Made by a program: the position numbers and the translations under genes. The notes below the pieces were generated by a model. It searched no databases. It was not told where the DNA came from and was given only the letters and a program-made list of their open reading frames with translations. Below, one piece after another: positions 1 through 12,589 of a stretch of DNA of 64,000 nucleotides (its first letter is position 1; every line of letters starts with the position of its first letter). Source of the DNA: Eledone cirrhosa (lineage: Eukaryota); NCBI GenBank assembly GCA_964016885.1, contig OZ024741.1:252526001-252590000 (forward strand). Direction: 5' to 3'.

Positions 1-925
1 GTCATTTGAATGTCAGATATAATGCATTATGGTATTCGTTTTGGCTCTTTGTGTTCAACTCTCATAGAGGTCTGTTTTGCCTTTCATCCTTTTGAGGTCA
101 ATAAAAAATAATGTTCCAGTACAGGGCTAGCATCAATTCTTCCTCTATATCTCTTTCACATTTCGATACTCTCTCCTTTTCTAGAAGAAATCGGCTGTAT
201 TATAACCTGGAGAAAGGATATTTCTATGACTACATCAATATCAGTAGTTACAGATCTGTCATATTTTGTTTCTTTTTCCTACACTCTTCATTTCAAAACA
301 TAACCAGTTGCTGTGTATTCAATTTTTGCTAACCACTCAAAAATAGATCTAATTAATGGTTTCTCATTTAGGCACATGGCCAACAATTTTTGGGGGGAGA
401 GGAAAGTCGATTAAATGGACTCCAGTGCGCTACTGGTACTTTATTTTATCGACCCCATGAGGATGGAAGGCAAAACTAACCCTCTGGGATTTGAACTGAG
501 AATGTAAAGGGCCCTAACCATATGCTTTAACGATACTGCCAATCCACCGCTCTAGCTAATTGGTTGTTTCTATTTTTGGCACAAGGCCAGCAATTATTCC
601 AGTGCATTACTGGTATTTTATTTTATCGGCCCTGTAAGGATAGCTATGCTAGTATCATGACGTTTGAGGTGTTTTGTTATGCTTTTTTGACGTTCTCGTT
701 TCAAATACACTCAAGGTCAACTTTGACTCGTATCCCCTCAAGTTGATAAATAACCACTGATGAGTCTATTTCAACGAGAGTTCTTCCACCCCACCTCTCT
801 TGTACTGATGTTAAACATCAATACGATAGCGTTTGTGAAACTAACAAAGTCAAGGGAGATAACTTAGGATTACTTATTTTAAATTGTCAAACAGTGACGT
901 TGAGCTGGTTATAGCAATGTAATTA

Positions 926-1130
926 ATGATTTCTACTATAGGCACAAGGCCAGCAATATTGGGTGAGGAGAGGAGAAAGTCGATTAAATTGACCCCAGTG
1001 CATTGCTGGTACTTTATTTTATCGACCTCGCAAGGATGAAAGGCATAGCTAACCTCGGCGGGATTTGAACTCAGACCGCAAAGAACTGTAACTCTATGCT
1101 GTAAAGTATGGGGTCCGGCGCTCTACCGAT
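926..1130 (-). mobile_element. tRNA-derived SINE (octopus-type family); related copies at ~360-553 and ~565-630, repeated in the duplicated block
   Basis: Shares 'ggcacaaggccagcaa...ctggtactttattttatcgacc...ggatgaaaggc...cctcggcgggatttgaactc' with the complete copy at 27361. B-box GTTCAAATCC on the minus strand. Confidence 0.8.
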
Positions 1131-1816
1131 TAATGTTATTTGGCACGATTGAACTGATCTATGATAAAAGTGGTTCCAACCATGACTCCACCATCTTGTT
1201 TCTTGGAGTACAGTATTCAGTGTGTTGTTTCGTTTGTCAGCATTTTGAGGAAAACGTTGCTTCCCCGGGAATGTAGTGAGTTACGGAGATCAGAAAAGTA
1301 ATTTGTGGACCACAAAGTAGCTCTGGCTTCTATTTACCACAACATAATAGCATGTAGGGTGAACGATTGTAATGTTATGGGTGCGATTCATGTAGCAGGC
1401 ACCGTGTTGTGTTCTTCAGCAAACTGCTTTATTTCACGTTGATCCAACAAAGGAAATTATCATCAGCAGTTGGGATGTTAGCTTTGCAGTGGACTGACAT
1501 CTTCTCCGTGAGGTAGTTATATACTCATAGTCACTTTAGAAACTATGAAACTGGGATAAACTGAACCTGGTGAGCCTATATATTCAGGACTAACTTTCAT
1601 TATAACAGCAACCCATTTACGTCAAATGTAGTTCTATGTAGTATGGATCACCAAATCGTACAAGGCCCTGTTTATAACGTAGCAGTTACTACGTTGTGTG
1701 GATCACACACTAGCTGTGTGTCACCTTAACTATAATAAAGAAAGGAGTGCGGGACTGCGTCCAGAATATATGTTTTTATCTCGTTTGTAAAATAAGTTGG
1801 ATTACTTTGAATAAAT

Positions 1817-2002
1817 AATTGTTTCTACTTTTGGCACAAGGCCAGCAATTATCTCAGGGTATTACTGGTACTTTATTTTATCGACCCTGCAAGGATTAAA
1901 GGCAAAGTTAACCTCGGCGGGATTTCAACTCAGATCATAAAGGGAGGTAACTCTATGCTTCAAAGCATGGCGTCCGACCCTCTACCGATACTGCCAAACC
2001 AC
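1817..2002 (-). mobile_element. tRNA-derived SINE, near full length (second copy 9833..10018)
   Basis: Reverse complement of the 27361..27548 SINE, including the A-box-like TGGCAGTATCGG. Confidence 0.85.
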
Positions 2003-2339
2003 ATGAATTAATATTACATAATTTATTAACTAAATTTCATAACTCTTGATTAAATATAAATAATTTTATTGCTTATTTTAAGATTCACTTCTTTAAAACT
2101 ATCGCATATATTTTCGTCGCTAATTTTCTCCTAATGCTGTTTATATATAATTTTGTCTTTTTAAAATGTATCATGGATTACTTTGCTGATTACATAAGAG
2201 ATTGTAACACAGACTCCCTCCAATTTCTGTGGATATGGTCAATTACGATTTTATTTGACATATATCATATCTACATGTATATATATATTTGCGTATAATA
2301 TCAATATGTACACTACACCCAAAGGGTGGTTTTTCTGCT

Positions 2340-3295
2340 AGTAACAGTTACTGTGTAGTGTGGATTACACACTAGCTGTGTGACATGTTTATAACGTAGC
2401 AGTTACTGCGTAGTGTGGATTACACACTAGCTGTGTGTCATGTTTATAACGTAGTAGTCACTGTGTAGTGTGGATTACACACTAGTTGTGTGACATGTTT
2501 ATAACGTAGTAGTTACTGTGTAGTGTGGATTACACACTAGCTGTGTGTAGTGTTTATAACGTAGCAGTTACTGTGTAGTGTGGATTACACACTAGCTGTG
2601 TTATGTATATAACGTAGTAGTTACTGTCTAGTGTGGATTACACACTAGCTGTGTGTTATGTTTATAACGTAGTAGTTACTATGTAGTGTGGATTACACAC
2701 TAGCTGTGTGTCATGTTTATAACGTAGTAGTTACTATGTAGTGTGGATTACACACAAGCTGTGTGTCATGTTTATAACGTAGTAGTTACTGTCTAGTGTG
2801 GATTACACACTAGCTGTGTGTTATGTTTATAACGTAGCAGTTACTGTGTAGTGTGGATTACACACTAGCTGTGTGTTATGTATATAACGTAGTAGTTACT
2901 GTCTAGTGTGGATTACACACTAGCTGTGTGTTATGTTTATAACGTAGCAGTTACTGTGTAGTGTGGATTACACACTAGCTGTGTGTTATGTATATAACGT
3001 AGTAGTTACTGTGTAGTGTGGATTACACACTAGCTGTGTGTCATGTTTATAACGTAGTAGTTACTATGTAGTGTGGATTACACACAAGCTGTGTGTTATG
3101 TTTATAACGTAGCAGTTACTGTGTAGTGTGGATTACACACTAGCTGTGTGTTATGTATATAACGTAGTAGTTACTGTCTAGTGTGGATTACACACTAGCT
3201 GTGTGTTATGTCTATAACGTAGTAGTTACTATGTAGTGTGGATTACACACAAGCTGTATGTTATGTTTATAATGTAGCAGTTACTGTGTAGTGCG
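2340..3295. repeat. 55-bp minisatellite, ~17 units
   Basis: Unit tgtagtgtggattacacactagctgtgtgtcatgtttataacgtagcagttactg; period 55 (tggattacac at 2361 and 2416). Confidence 0.95.
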
Positions 3296-3639
3296 ACACC
3301 TAATGCTATCACAAACCACACATCAAACTATTCCACACCTCACAGAACATACCACTACATAACACATAACTCCACACCGAACACATACACCACCACGTTC
3401 CCCACCACACACATACACAGTACCACACACCTATGCACACCATCACAACCGAATACCACTCCACATGAATACACACGACCAACACACATGACCTCATACT
3501 ACCCAGTACCACCACACATCATACTACCCCATACCAGCACTTACCACATTATACCACACTGAATCTCCACACCACCACCACCACCACACCACCACCACAC
3601 CACCACCACACACAACCTTAAACCAACCCTTAACACCCC

Positions 3640-4170
3640 CTCAACCCACCCTTACCACCACATACCACCTCAAACGAGCCCTTACCACCACATACCACCT
3701 TAACCCACCCTTACCACCACACACCACCTCAACCCATCCTTACCACTACACACCACCTCAAATGAGCCCTTACCACCACACATCATCTCAACCAGCCCTT
3801 ACCACCACACATCATCTCAACCAGCCCTTACCACCACACACCATCTCAACCAGCCCTTACCACCACACACCATCTCAACCAGCCCTTACCACCACACACC
3901 ACCTCAAACGAGCCCTTACCACCACATACCATCTCAACCAGCCCTTACCACCACACACCATCTCAACCAGCCCTTACCACTACACACCATCTCAACCAGC
4001 CCTTACCACCACACACCATCTCAACCAGCCCTTACCACCACACACCATCTCAACCAGCCCTTACCACCACACACCATCTCAACCAGCCCTTACCACCACA
4101 CACCATCTCAAGCAGCCCTTACCACCACACACCATCTCAACCAGCCCTTACCACTACACACCACCTCATG
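3640..4170. repeat. 29-bp C/A-rich minisatellite (second array ~11270..11790)
   Basis: Unit accaccacacaccatctcaaccagccctt; produces the 29-aa periodic ORFs at 3762 and 11385. Confidence 0.95.
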
Positions 4171-4199
4171 CTTTACACCTTGAAACCAATACACAATAC

Positions 4200-4595
4200 C
4201 ACTTCTTCAGCCGAGTTTACACTCGCAAAGATTCAGCACGCTTTCTCCAATCATCTCGGTCGAGCAGGACATTTCTCAGTTCGTCGATGTTTTCAATGTT
4301 AGCATCTCTCAGCAGGGTATCAATGAATGAGACGGCCTGTCTTCCCACATTTCTTTGTCTGACTGCCAGTTTCCAGAACACAAGTTGAGATGCTCTCTCT
4401 CTCCTGGATGACGGATGCAGTGCCCAGCCAGTTTCATTCGTCGGCAGGCAACTCTTTTTGAGACTGGTGGTAGTGATCTGTATGGTTCTTTATTTGTCAG
4501 CTTCTGCTTCCAAGAAATGTTGAGAGCCATTCTCAGCATCCTTGTGTAACATCCGTCAAGTCTCTTGCATAGCACTATGTCAATAGTCCACATTT
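4200..4595 (-). mobile_element. 3' fragment of an RTE-like LINE ORF (duplicated at ~11820..12212)
   Basis: LDGCYTRMLRMALNISWKQ...RRMKLAGHCIRHP...DRDDW is the typical C-terminus of RTE-like RTs. Confidence 0.75.
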
Positions 4596-4609
4596 ATATA
4601 TTTATTTTC

Positions 4610-5676
4610 CTTTCTACATACTAGAACTTTAGTCTTAGACAAGTTAACTTTAAGACCTTTTGATTCTAGGCCATGCTTCCATATTTTGAATTTCTCCTCT
4701 AGTTCAGCCATAGATTCAGCTATGAGAGTTAGATCATCTTCATATAGAAGTTCCAAAAGGGCAGCCAGTCTTAAACTCCTCTGTTATAGCCTGAAGAGCA
4801 ATAATAAACTGGAGGGGGTTAAGGATGGAGCCTTGATGAACACCAACTTTTACACTAAATTCTTCACTATATTCATTGTTAATTCTAACCTTGCTGACTG
4901 TTTTTTTTATACATGGCTTTCACAAGCCACTTATCTACTCCTAGTTTTCTAAGGGCCTACCAGATAATGGAGTGGGGACTCTGTCAAAGGCTTTCCCCAA
5001 GTCAACAAAAGCTAAGTAGAGGGGTTTACTTTTAGCTAGGTACTTCTCCTGTAGTTGCCATTCAAGAAAAAGAGCATCCGTGGTACTTTTACCTGGCACA
5101 AACCCAAACTGCATTTCATCTAGATCTATTTGTGCTCTAATTAGTTGTGCAATAACTCTTTCTGTGACCTTCATGACCTGGTCAATTAACTTAATGCTTC
5201 TATAGTTTTCTCTATCTAGAGCACCTCTTTTGCCCTTGTAGCAGTTAACGATGCTGCTGCTATGCCAGTCATTTGGTATGACCCGATTCTGTATTACCTG
5301 GTTTACTATCCGGGTGACCATAGTATGTCCCACCATTCCAGATGCTTTCAACATTTCAGCAAATATCTCCAAAGGGCCAGCTGCCTTGCCTGTCTTCATA
5401 TCTTTGATTGTCTTACTTATTATACTACCATTAACTTGCAGAGCTTGTCCCTCTATTGGATCGATTTGGGGCAGACTATCTCTTTCCCATTTACTCTCCT
5501 GCTGCCTAAAGGTCTACTCCAGCCACAGATTTCATCTGTTACCTTCAGCAAGTTAACTTTCAAGAATTCCTACTTTTCTGCTATATTGTACATCGCTAAT
5601 TGCTCTTCCTTTACTGTCAAAAGCATCAAGTAATATGCTCTTAAACTTTTTACTGGTTGTGGGGTCCTTCAACTTC
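4610..5676 (-). mobile_element. Degraded RTE LINE RT fragment
   Basis: KTGKAAGP...NYRSIKLIDQVMKV...QFGFVPGKSTTDA...AFVDLGKAFDRVP; frameshifted; homologous to 19625..21181. Confidence 0.9.
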
Positions 5677-5790
5677 CACACACACACACACATATATATA
5701 CATACATACACATGCATATATATATATATACATATTATATATATATATATACAGTATATATATATATATATATATAAATATATATATATA

Positions 5791-7413
5791 TGAATATAGA
5801 CATAGAATATTCGAAAATATTCTGTATGTTTATAATAAACATTTTGAAGACCTAATCGCTATAGAATAGAATACGTCACGTATTACAATTAGATTCTCGA
5901 TAAAAGCAAGGGAAGTAATCTACGCGTTTCATTCTCGTTAGAAATCATCAGGACTACATATCCAGTGCTTTTATCGAGAATGACACAGCTAGAGACTTAT
6001 AGAATACTTAGCTGTGTACAGGAACTGGTTTGAAAGAGCGGTTGCCGGTCCGGCAGAAATTAGAAATTGGAATAAATGCTCTGAAATAGCGATATATATG
6101 TGAATATAGACATAGAATATTCGAAAATATTCTGTATGTTTATAATAAACATTTTGAAGACCTAATCGCTATAGAATAGAATACGTCACGTATTACAATT
6201 AGATTCTCGATAAAAGCAAGGGAAGTAATCTACGCGTTTCATTCTCGTTAGAAATCATCAGGACTACATATCCAGTGCTTTTATCGAGAATGACACAGCT
6301 AGAGACTTATAGAATACTTAGCTGTGTACAGGAACTGGTTTGAAAGAGCGGTTGCCGGTCCGGCAGAAATTAGAAATTGGAATAAATGCTCTGAAATAGC
6401 GATATATATGTGAATATAGACATAGAATATTCGAAAATATTCTGTATGTTTATAATAAACATTTTGAAGACCTAATCGCTATAGAATAGAATACGTCACG
6501 TATTACAATTAGATTCTCGATAAAAGCAAGGGAAGTAATCTACGCGTTTCATTCTCGTTAGAAATCATCAGGACTACATATCCAGTGCTTTTATCGAGAA
6601 TGACACAGCTAGAGACTTATAGAATACTTAGCTGTGTACAGGAACTGGTTTGAAAGAGCGGTTGCCGGTCCGGCAGAAATTAGAAATTGGAATAAATGCT
6701 CTGAAATAGCGATATATATGTGAATATAGACATAGAATATTCGAAAATATTCTGTATGTTTATAATAAACATTTTGAAGACCTAATCGCTATAGAATAGA
6801 ATACGTCACGTATTACAATTAGATTCTCGATAAAAGCAAGGGAAGTAATCTACGCGTTTCATTCTCGTTAGAAATCATCAGGACTACATATCCAGTGCTT
6901 TTATCGAGAATGACACAGCTAGAGACTTATAGAATACTTAGCTGTGTACAGGAACTGGTTTGAAAGAGCGGTTGCCGGTCCGGCAGAAATTAGAAATTGG
7001 AATAAATGCTCTGAAATAGCGATATATATGTGAATATAGACATAGAATATTCGAAAATATTCTGTATGTTTATAATAAACATTTTGAAGACCTAATCGCT
7101 ATAGAATAGAATACGTCACGTATTACAATTAGATTCTCGATAAAAGCAAGGGAAGTAATCTACGCGTTTCATTCTCGTTAGAAATCATCGGGACTACATA
7201 TCCAGTGCTTTTATCGAGAATGACACAGCTAGAGACTTATAGAATACTTAGCTGTGTACAGGAATTGGTTTGAAAGAGCGGTTGCCGGTCCGGCAGAAAT
7301 TAGAAATTGGAATAAATGCTCTGAAATAGCGATATATATGTGAATATAGACATAGAATATTCGAAAATATTCTGTATGTTTATAATAAACATTTTGAAGA
7401 CCTAATCGCTATA
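5791..7413 (-). repeat. 310-bp tandem array (5.2 units) with one type-I hammerhead ribozyme per unit; retrozyme-like
   Basis: Units start at 5791, 6101, 6411, 6721, 7031 and 7341. They appear identical except for two substitutions in unit 5. Flanked by (TA)n. Confidence 0.92.
5915..5957 (-). ncRNA. Type-I hammerhead ribozyme (also 6225-6267, 6535-6577, 6845-6887; U4C variant at 7155-7197)
   Basis: Minus strand: gtagtc CTGATGA t-ttct-aacg-agaa-t GAAA cgcg TA gattac. Stem I is gtagtc/gattac, extended by a 16-bp outer stem (5893-5908 with 5966-5981). Palindromic stem III; GUA cleavage triplet. Confidence 0.85.
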
Positions 7414-8014
7414 TATATATATATGTATGTATGCATGTATGCATATGTATATGGATGTATATATAAATATGTATATATATGACTTGGTGCCAATCCTGTC
7501 TTGACAGTTTGTTATGATGGTTCCATCTAGGTGGTTTACTATATTTACTAGTAGTAATACCTGAAATTGCTTGGAAAACAGATGGTTAAAGCAGTGAACA
7601 GAACTTTGGAAAATTTCTCCGAAACATATTATTTGAAATACAACATTTATTTCCTTTGTAACAACATATGTTGTAGTTATCATTTGTTGATGGCTATTTC
7701 TGATGACAGAAATGTGAAAAAAAAAATAAATAATAATAATTTGATACTATCTGCAGGAATTTACAAAGAGTATAAATGGTTTTTAAAATACCACCGAGTC
7801 TCACATATGTTGGGGGAGGATTGTAATTGATTATATGAATTCAGGTTCTTGACTAGTGTTTTATTTTATTAACCATGGAAGCAGAAAAGGCCAACTCACT
7901 TTCACAGAGCTTAGAATGTTAACAGACCTAATACAAATCAGCAATTGCATCGCTTTCAACAACTAACTATGCTAAAATAGTTATAATAACTAATTTGTGT
8001 GGCGAATTAGCAGA

Positions 8015-11000
8015 GTCATTTGAATGTCAGATATAATGCATTATGGTATTCGTTTTGGCTCTTTGTGTTCAACTCTCATAGAGGTCTGTTTTGCCTTTCA
8101 TCCTTTTGAGGTCAATAAAAAATAATGTTCCAGTACAGGGCTAGCATCAATTCTTCCTCTATATCTCTTTCACATTTCGATACTCTCTCCTTTTCTAGAA
8201 GAAATCGGCTGTATTATAACCTGGAGAAAGGATATTTCTATGACTACATCAATATCAGTAGTTACAGATCTGTCATATTTTGTTTCTTTTTCCTACACTC
8301 TTCATTTCAAAACATAACCAGTTGCTGTGTATTCAATTTTTGCTAACCACTCAAAAATAGATCTAATTAATGGTTTCTCATTTAGGCACATGGCCAACAA
8401 TTTTTTGGGGGAGAGGAAAGTCGATTAAATGGACTCCAGTGCGCTACTGGTACTTTATTTTATCGACCCCATAAGGATGGAAGGCAAAACTAACCCTCTG
8501 GGATTTGAACTGAGAATGTAAAGGGCCCTAACCATATGCTTTAACGATACTGCCAATCCACCGCTCTAGCTAATTGGTTGTTTCTACTTTTGGCACAAGG
8601 CCAGCAATTATTCCAGTGCATTACTGGTATTTTATTTTATCGGCCCTGTAAGGATAGCTATGCTAGTATCATGACGTTTGAGGTGTTTTGTTATGCTTTT
8701 TTGACGTTCTCGTTTCAAATACACTCAAGGTCAACTTTGACTCGTATCCCCTCAAGTTGATAAATAACCACTGATGAGTCTATTTCAACGAGAGTTCTTC
8801 CACCCCCACCTCTCTTGTACTGATGTTAAACATCAATACGATAGCGTTTGTGAAACTAACAAAGTCAAGGGAGATAACTTAGGATTACTTATTTTAAATT
8901 GTCAAACAGTGACGTTGAGCTGGTTATAGCAATGTAATTAATGATTTCTACTATAGGCACAAGGCCAGCAATATTGGGTGAGGAGAGGAGAAAGTCGATT
9001 AAATTGACCCCAGTGCATTGCTGGTACTTTATTTTATCGACCTCGCAAGGATGAAAGGCATAGCTAACCTCGGCGGGATTTGAACTCAGACCGCAAAGAA
9101 CTGTAACTCTATGCTGTAAAGTATGGGGTCCGGCGCTCTACCGATTAATGTTATTTGGCACGATTGAACTGATCTATGATAAAAGTGGTTCCAACCATGA
9201 CTCCACCATCTTGTTTCTTGGAGTACAGTATTCAGTGTGTTGTTTCGTTTGTCAGCATTTTGAGGAAAATGTTGCTTCCCCGGGAATGTAGTGAGTTACG
9301 GAGATCAGAAAAGTAATTTGTGGACCACAAAGTAGCTCTGGCTTCTATTTACCACAACATAATAGCATGTAGGGTGAACGATTGTAATGTTATGGGTGCG
9401 ATTCATGTAGCAGGCACCGTGTTGTGTTCTTCAGCAAACTGCTTTATTTCACGTTGATCCAACAAAGGAAATTATCATCAGCAGTTGGGATGTTAGCTTT
9501 GCAGTGGACTGACATCTTCTCCGTGAGGTAGTTATATACTCATAGTCACTTTAGAAACTATGAAACTGGGATAAACTGAACCTGGTGAGCCTATATATTC
9601 AGGACTAACTTTCATTATAACAGCAACCCATTTACGTCAAATGTAGTTACTATGTAGTATGGATCACCAAATCGTACAAGGCCCTGTTTATAACGTAGCA
9701 GTTACTACGTTGTGTGGATCACACACTAGCTGTGTGTCACCTTAACTATAATAAAGAAAGGAGTGAGGGACTGCGTCCAGAATATATGTTTTTATCTCGT
9801 TTGTAAAATAAGTTGGATTACTTTGAATAAATAATTGTTTCTACTTTTGGCACAAGGCCAGCAATTATTCCAGGGTATTACTGGTACTTTATTTTATCGA
9901 CCCTGTAAGGATGAAAGGCAAAGTTAACCTCGGCGGGATTTCAACTCAGATCATAAAGGGAGGTAACTCTATGCTTCAAAGCATGGCGTCCGACCCTCTA
10001 CCGATAGTGCCAAACCACATGAATTAATATTACATAATTTATTAACTAAATTTCATAACTCTTGATTAAATATAAATAATTTTATTGCTTATTTTAAGAT
10101 TCACTTCTTTAAAACTATCGCATATATTTTCGTCGCTAATTTTCTCCTAATGCTGTTTATATATAATTTTGTCTTTTTAAAATGTATCATGGATTACTTT
10201 GCTGATTACATAAGAGATTGTAACACAGACTCCCTCCAATTTCTGTTGATATGGTCAATTACGATTTTATTTGACATATCATATCTACATGTATATATAT
10301 TTGCGTATAATATCAATATGTACACTACACACGAAGGGTGGTTCTTCTGCTAGTAACAGTTACTGTGTAGTGTGGATTACACACTAGTTGTGCGTCATGT
10401 TTATAACGTAGTAGTCACTGTGTAGTGTGGATTACACACTAGTTGTGTGACATATTTATAACGTAGTAGTTACTGTGTAGTGTGGATTACACACTAGCTG
10501 TGTGTCATGTTTATAACGTAGTAGTCACTGTGTAGTATGGATTACACACTAGTGGTGTGACATGTTTATAACGTAGTAGTTACTGTGTAGTGTGGATTAC
10601 ACACTAGCTGTGTGTAGTGTTTATAACGTAGCAGTTACTGTGTAGTGTGGATTACACACTAGCTGTGTGTTATGCTTATAACGTAGTAGTTCCTGTCTAG
10701 TGTGGATTACACACTAGCTGTGTGTTATGTTTATAACGTAGTAGTTACTATGTAGTGTGGATTACACACAAGCTGTGTGTTATGTTTATAATGTAGCAGT
10801 TACTGTGTAGTGTGGATTACACACAAGCTGTGTGTTATGTTTATAACGTAGCAGTTACTGTGTAGTGTGGATTACACACAAGCTGTGTGTTATGTTTGTA
10901 AGGTAGCAGTTACTGTGTAGTGTGACACCTAATGCTATCACAAACCACACATCAAACTATTCCACACCTCACAGAACATACCACTACATAACACGTAACT

Positions 11001-12220
11001 CCACACCGAACACATACACCACCACGTTCCACACCACACACATACACAGTACCTCACACCTATGCACACCATCACAACCGCATACCACTCCACATGAATA
11101 CACACGACCAACACACATGACCTCATACTACCCAGTACCACCACATATCATACTACCCCATACCAGCACTTACCACATTATACCACACTGAATCTCCACA
11201 CCACCACCACACCACCACCACACCACCACCACACACAACCTCAAACCAACCCTTAACACCCCCTCAACCCACCCTTACCACCACACACCACCTCAAACGA
11301 GCCCTTACCACCACATACCACCTTAACCCACCCTTACCACCACACACCACCTCAACCCATCCTTACCACTACACACCACCTCAAATGAGCCCTTACCACC
11401 ACACATCATCTCAACCAGCCCTTACCACCACACATCATCTCAACCAGCCCTTACCACCACACACCATCTCAACCAGCCCTTACCACCACACACCATCTCA
11501 ACCAGCCCTTACCACCACACACCATCTCAACCAGCCCTTACCACCACACACCATCTCAACCAGCCCTTACCACCACACACCATCTCAACCAGCTCTTACC
11601 ACTACACACCATCTCAACCAGCCCTTACCACCACACACCATCTCAACCAGCCCTTACCACCACACACCATCTCAACCAGCCCTTACCACCACACACCATC
11701 TCAACCAGCCCTTACCACCACACACCATCTCAACCAGCCCTTACCACTACACACCATCTCAACCAGCTCTTACCACTACACACCACCTCATGCTTTACAC
11801 CTTGAAACCAATACACAATACCACTTCTTCAGCCGAGTTTACACTCGCAAAGATTCAGCACGCTTTATCCAATCATCTCGGTCGAGCAGGACATTTCTCA
11901 GTTCGTCGATGTTTTCAATGTTAGCATCTCTCAGCAGGGTATCAATGAATGAGACGGCCTGTCTTCCCACATTTCTTTGTCTGACTGCCAGTTTCCAGAA
12001 CACAAGTTGAGATGCTCTCTCTCCTGGATGACGGATGCAGTGCCCAGCCAGTTTCATTCATCGGCAAGCAACTTTTTTTGAGACTGGTGGTAGTGATCTG
12101 TATGGTTCTTTATTTGTTAGCTTCTGTTTCCAAGAAATGTTGAGAGCCATTCTCAGCATCCTTGTGTAACATCCGTCAAGTCTCTTGCATAGCACTTTGT
12201 CAATAGTCCACATTTATATA
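8015..12220. repeat. Segmental duplication, copy 2
   Basis: Matches 1..4600, with a shorter 55-bp array (~10 units at 10352..10923). Confidence 0.95.
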
Positions 12221-12236
12221 TATATATGTATATATG

Positions 12237-12575
12237 GAGGCACTTGGCTTAGTGGTTAGAGCATTGGTCTTGGAATCGAAAGGTTGTGAGTTCAATTCTC
12301 AGACTGGGTAATGTGTTGTTTCCTTGAGTAAGACACTTTCTTTCACATTGCTCCAGTTTACTCAGCTGTAGAAATGAGATGATAGGGACTGGGATCCATA
12401 TCATTCCACTGCAAAGTGGTTGTGGAGGTGCCACGGCAAAAACCACCCAGTACTCACTGTAAATGAGGTTGGTGTTAGGAAGGGCATCCAGCTGTAGAAA
12501 TCAAGCCAGAATCAGTTCCCGTCCCACCCTTGCAAGCAGGGAAAAGCGGACGTAAAATGATGATGATGATGATGA
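12237..12575 (+). mobile_element. tRNA-headed SINE with RTE-derived 3' end and (GAT)n tail
   Basis: A-box TGGCTTAGTGG, B-box GTTCAATTC. The 3' part 'ggttggtgttaggaagggcatccagctgtagaaatc...ggacgtaaaatgatgatg' is shared with the RTE 3' UTR. Confidence 0.85.
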
Positions 12576-12589
12576 TATGTATATATATA

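Larger units (their letters stand above)
1..4600. repeat. Segmental duplication, copy 1 (may extend upstream of the window)
   Basis: Nearly identical to 8015..12220 (offset 8014 at the start; ORFs at 111/8125 and 564/8578 are near-identical). Similarity ends at 'caatagtccacatttatata'. Confidence 0.95.

Noticed and set aside
757-785. CTGATGA motif as a hammerhead core
   Set aside because: No downstream GAAA...UH and no pairing stem I.
2340-3295. CRISPR-like palindromic repeat array
   Set aside because: Units are contiguous with no unique spacers, there are no cas genes, and the context is eukaryotic.
3762-4388. His/Pro/Thr-rich ORF (also 11385..11924)
   Set aside because: It is the translation of a stop-free 29-bp minisatellite running into an antisense LINE.
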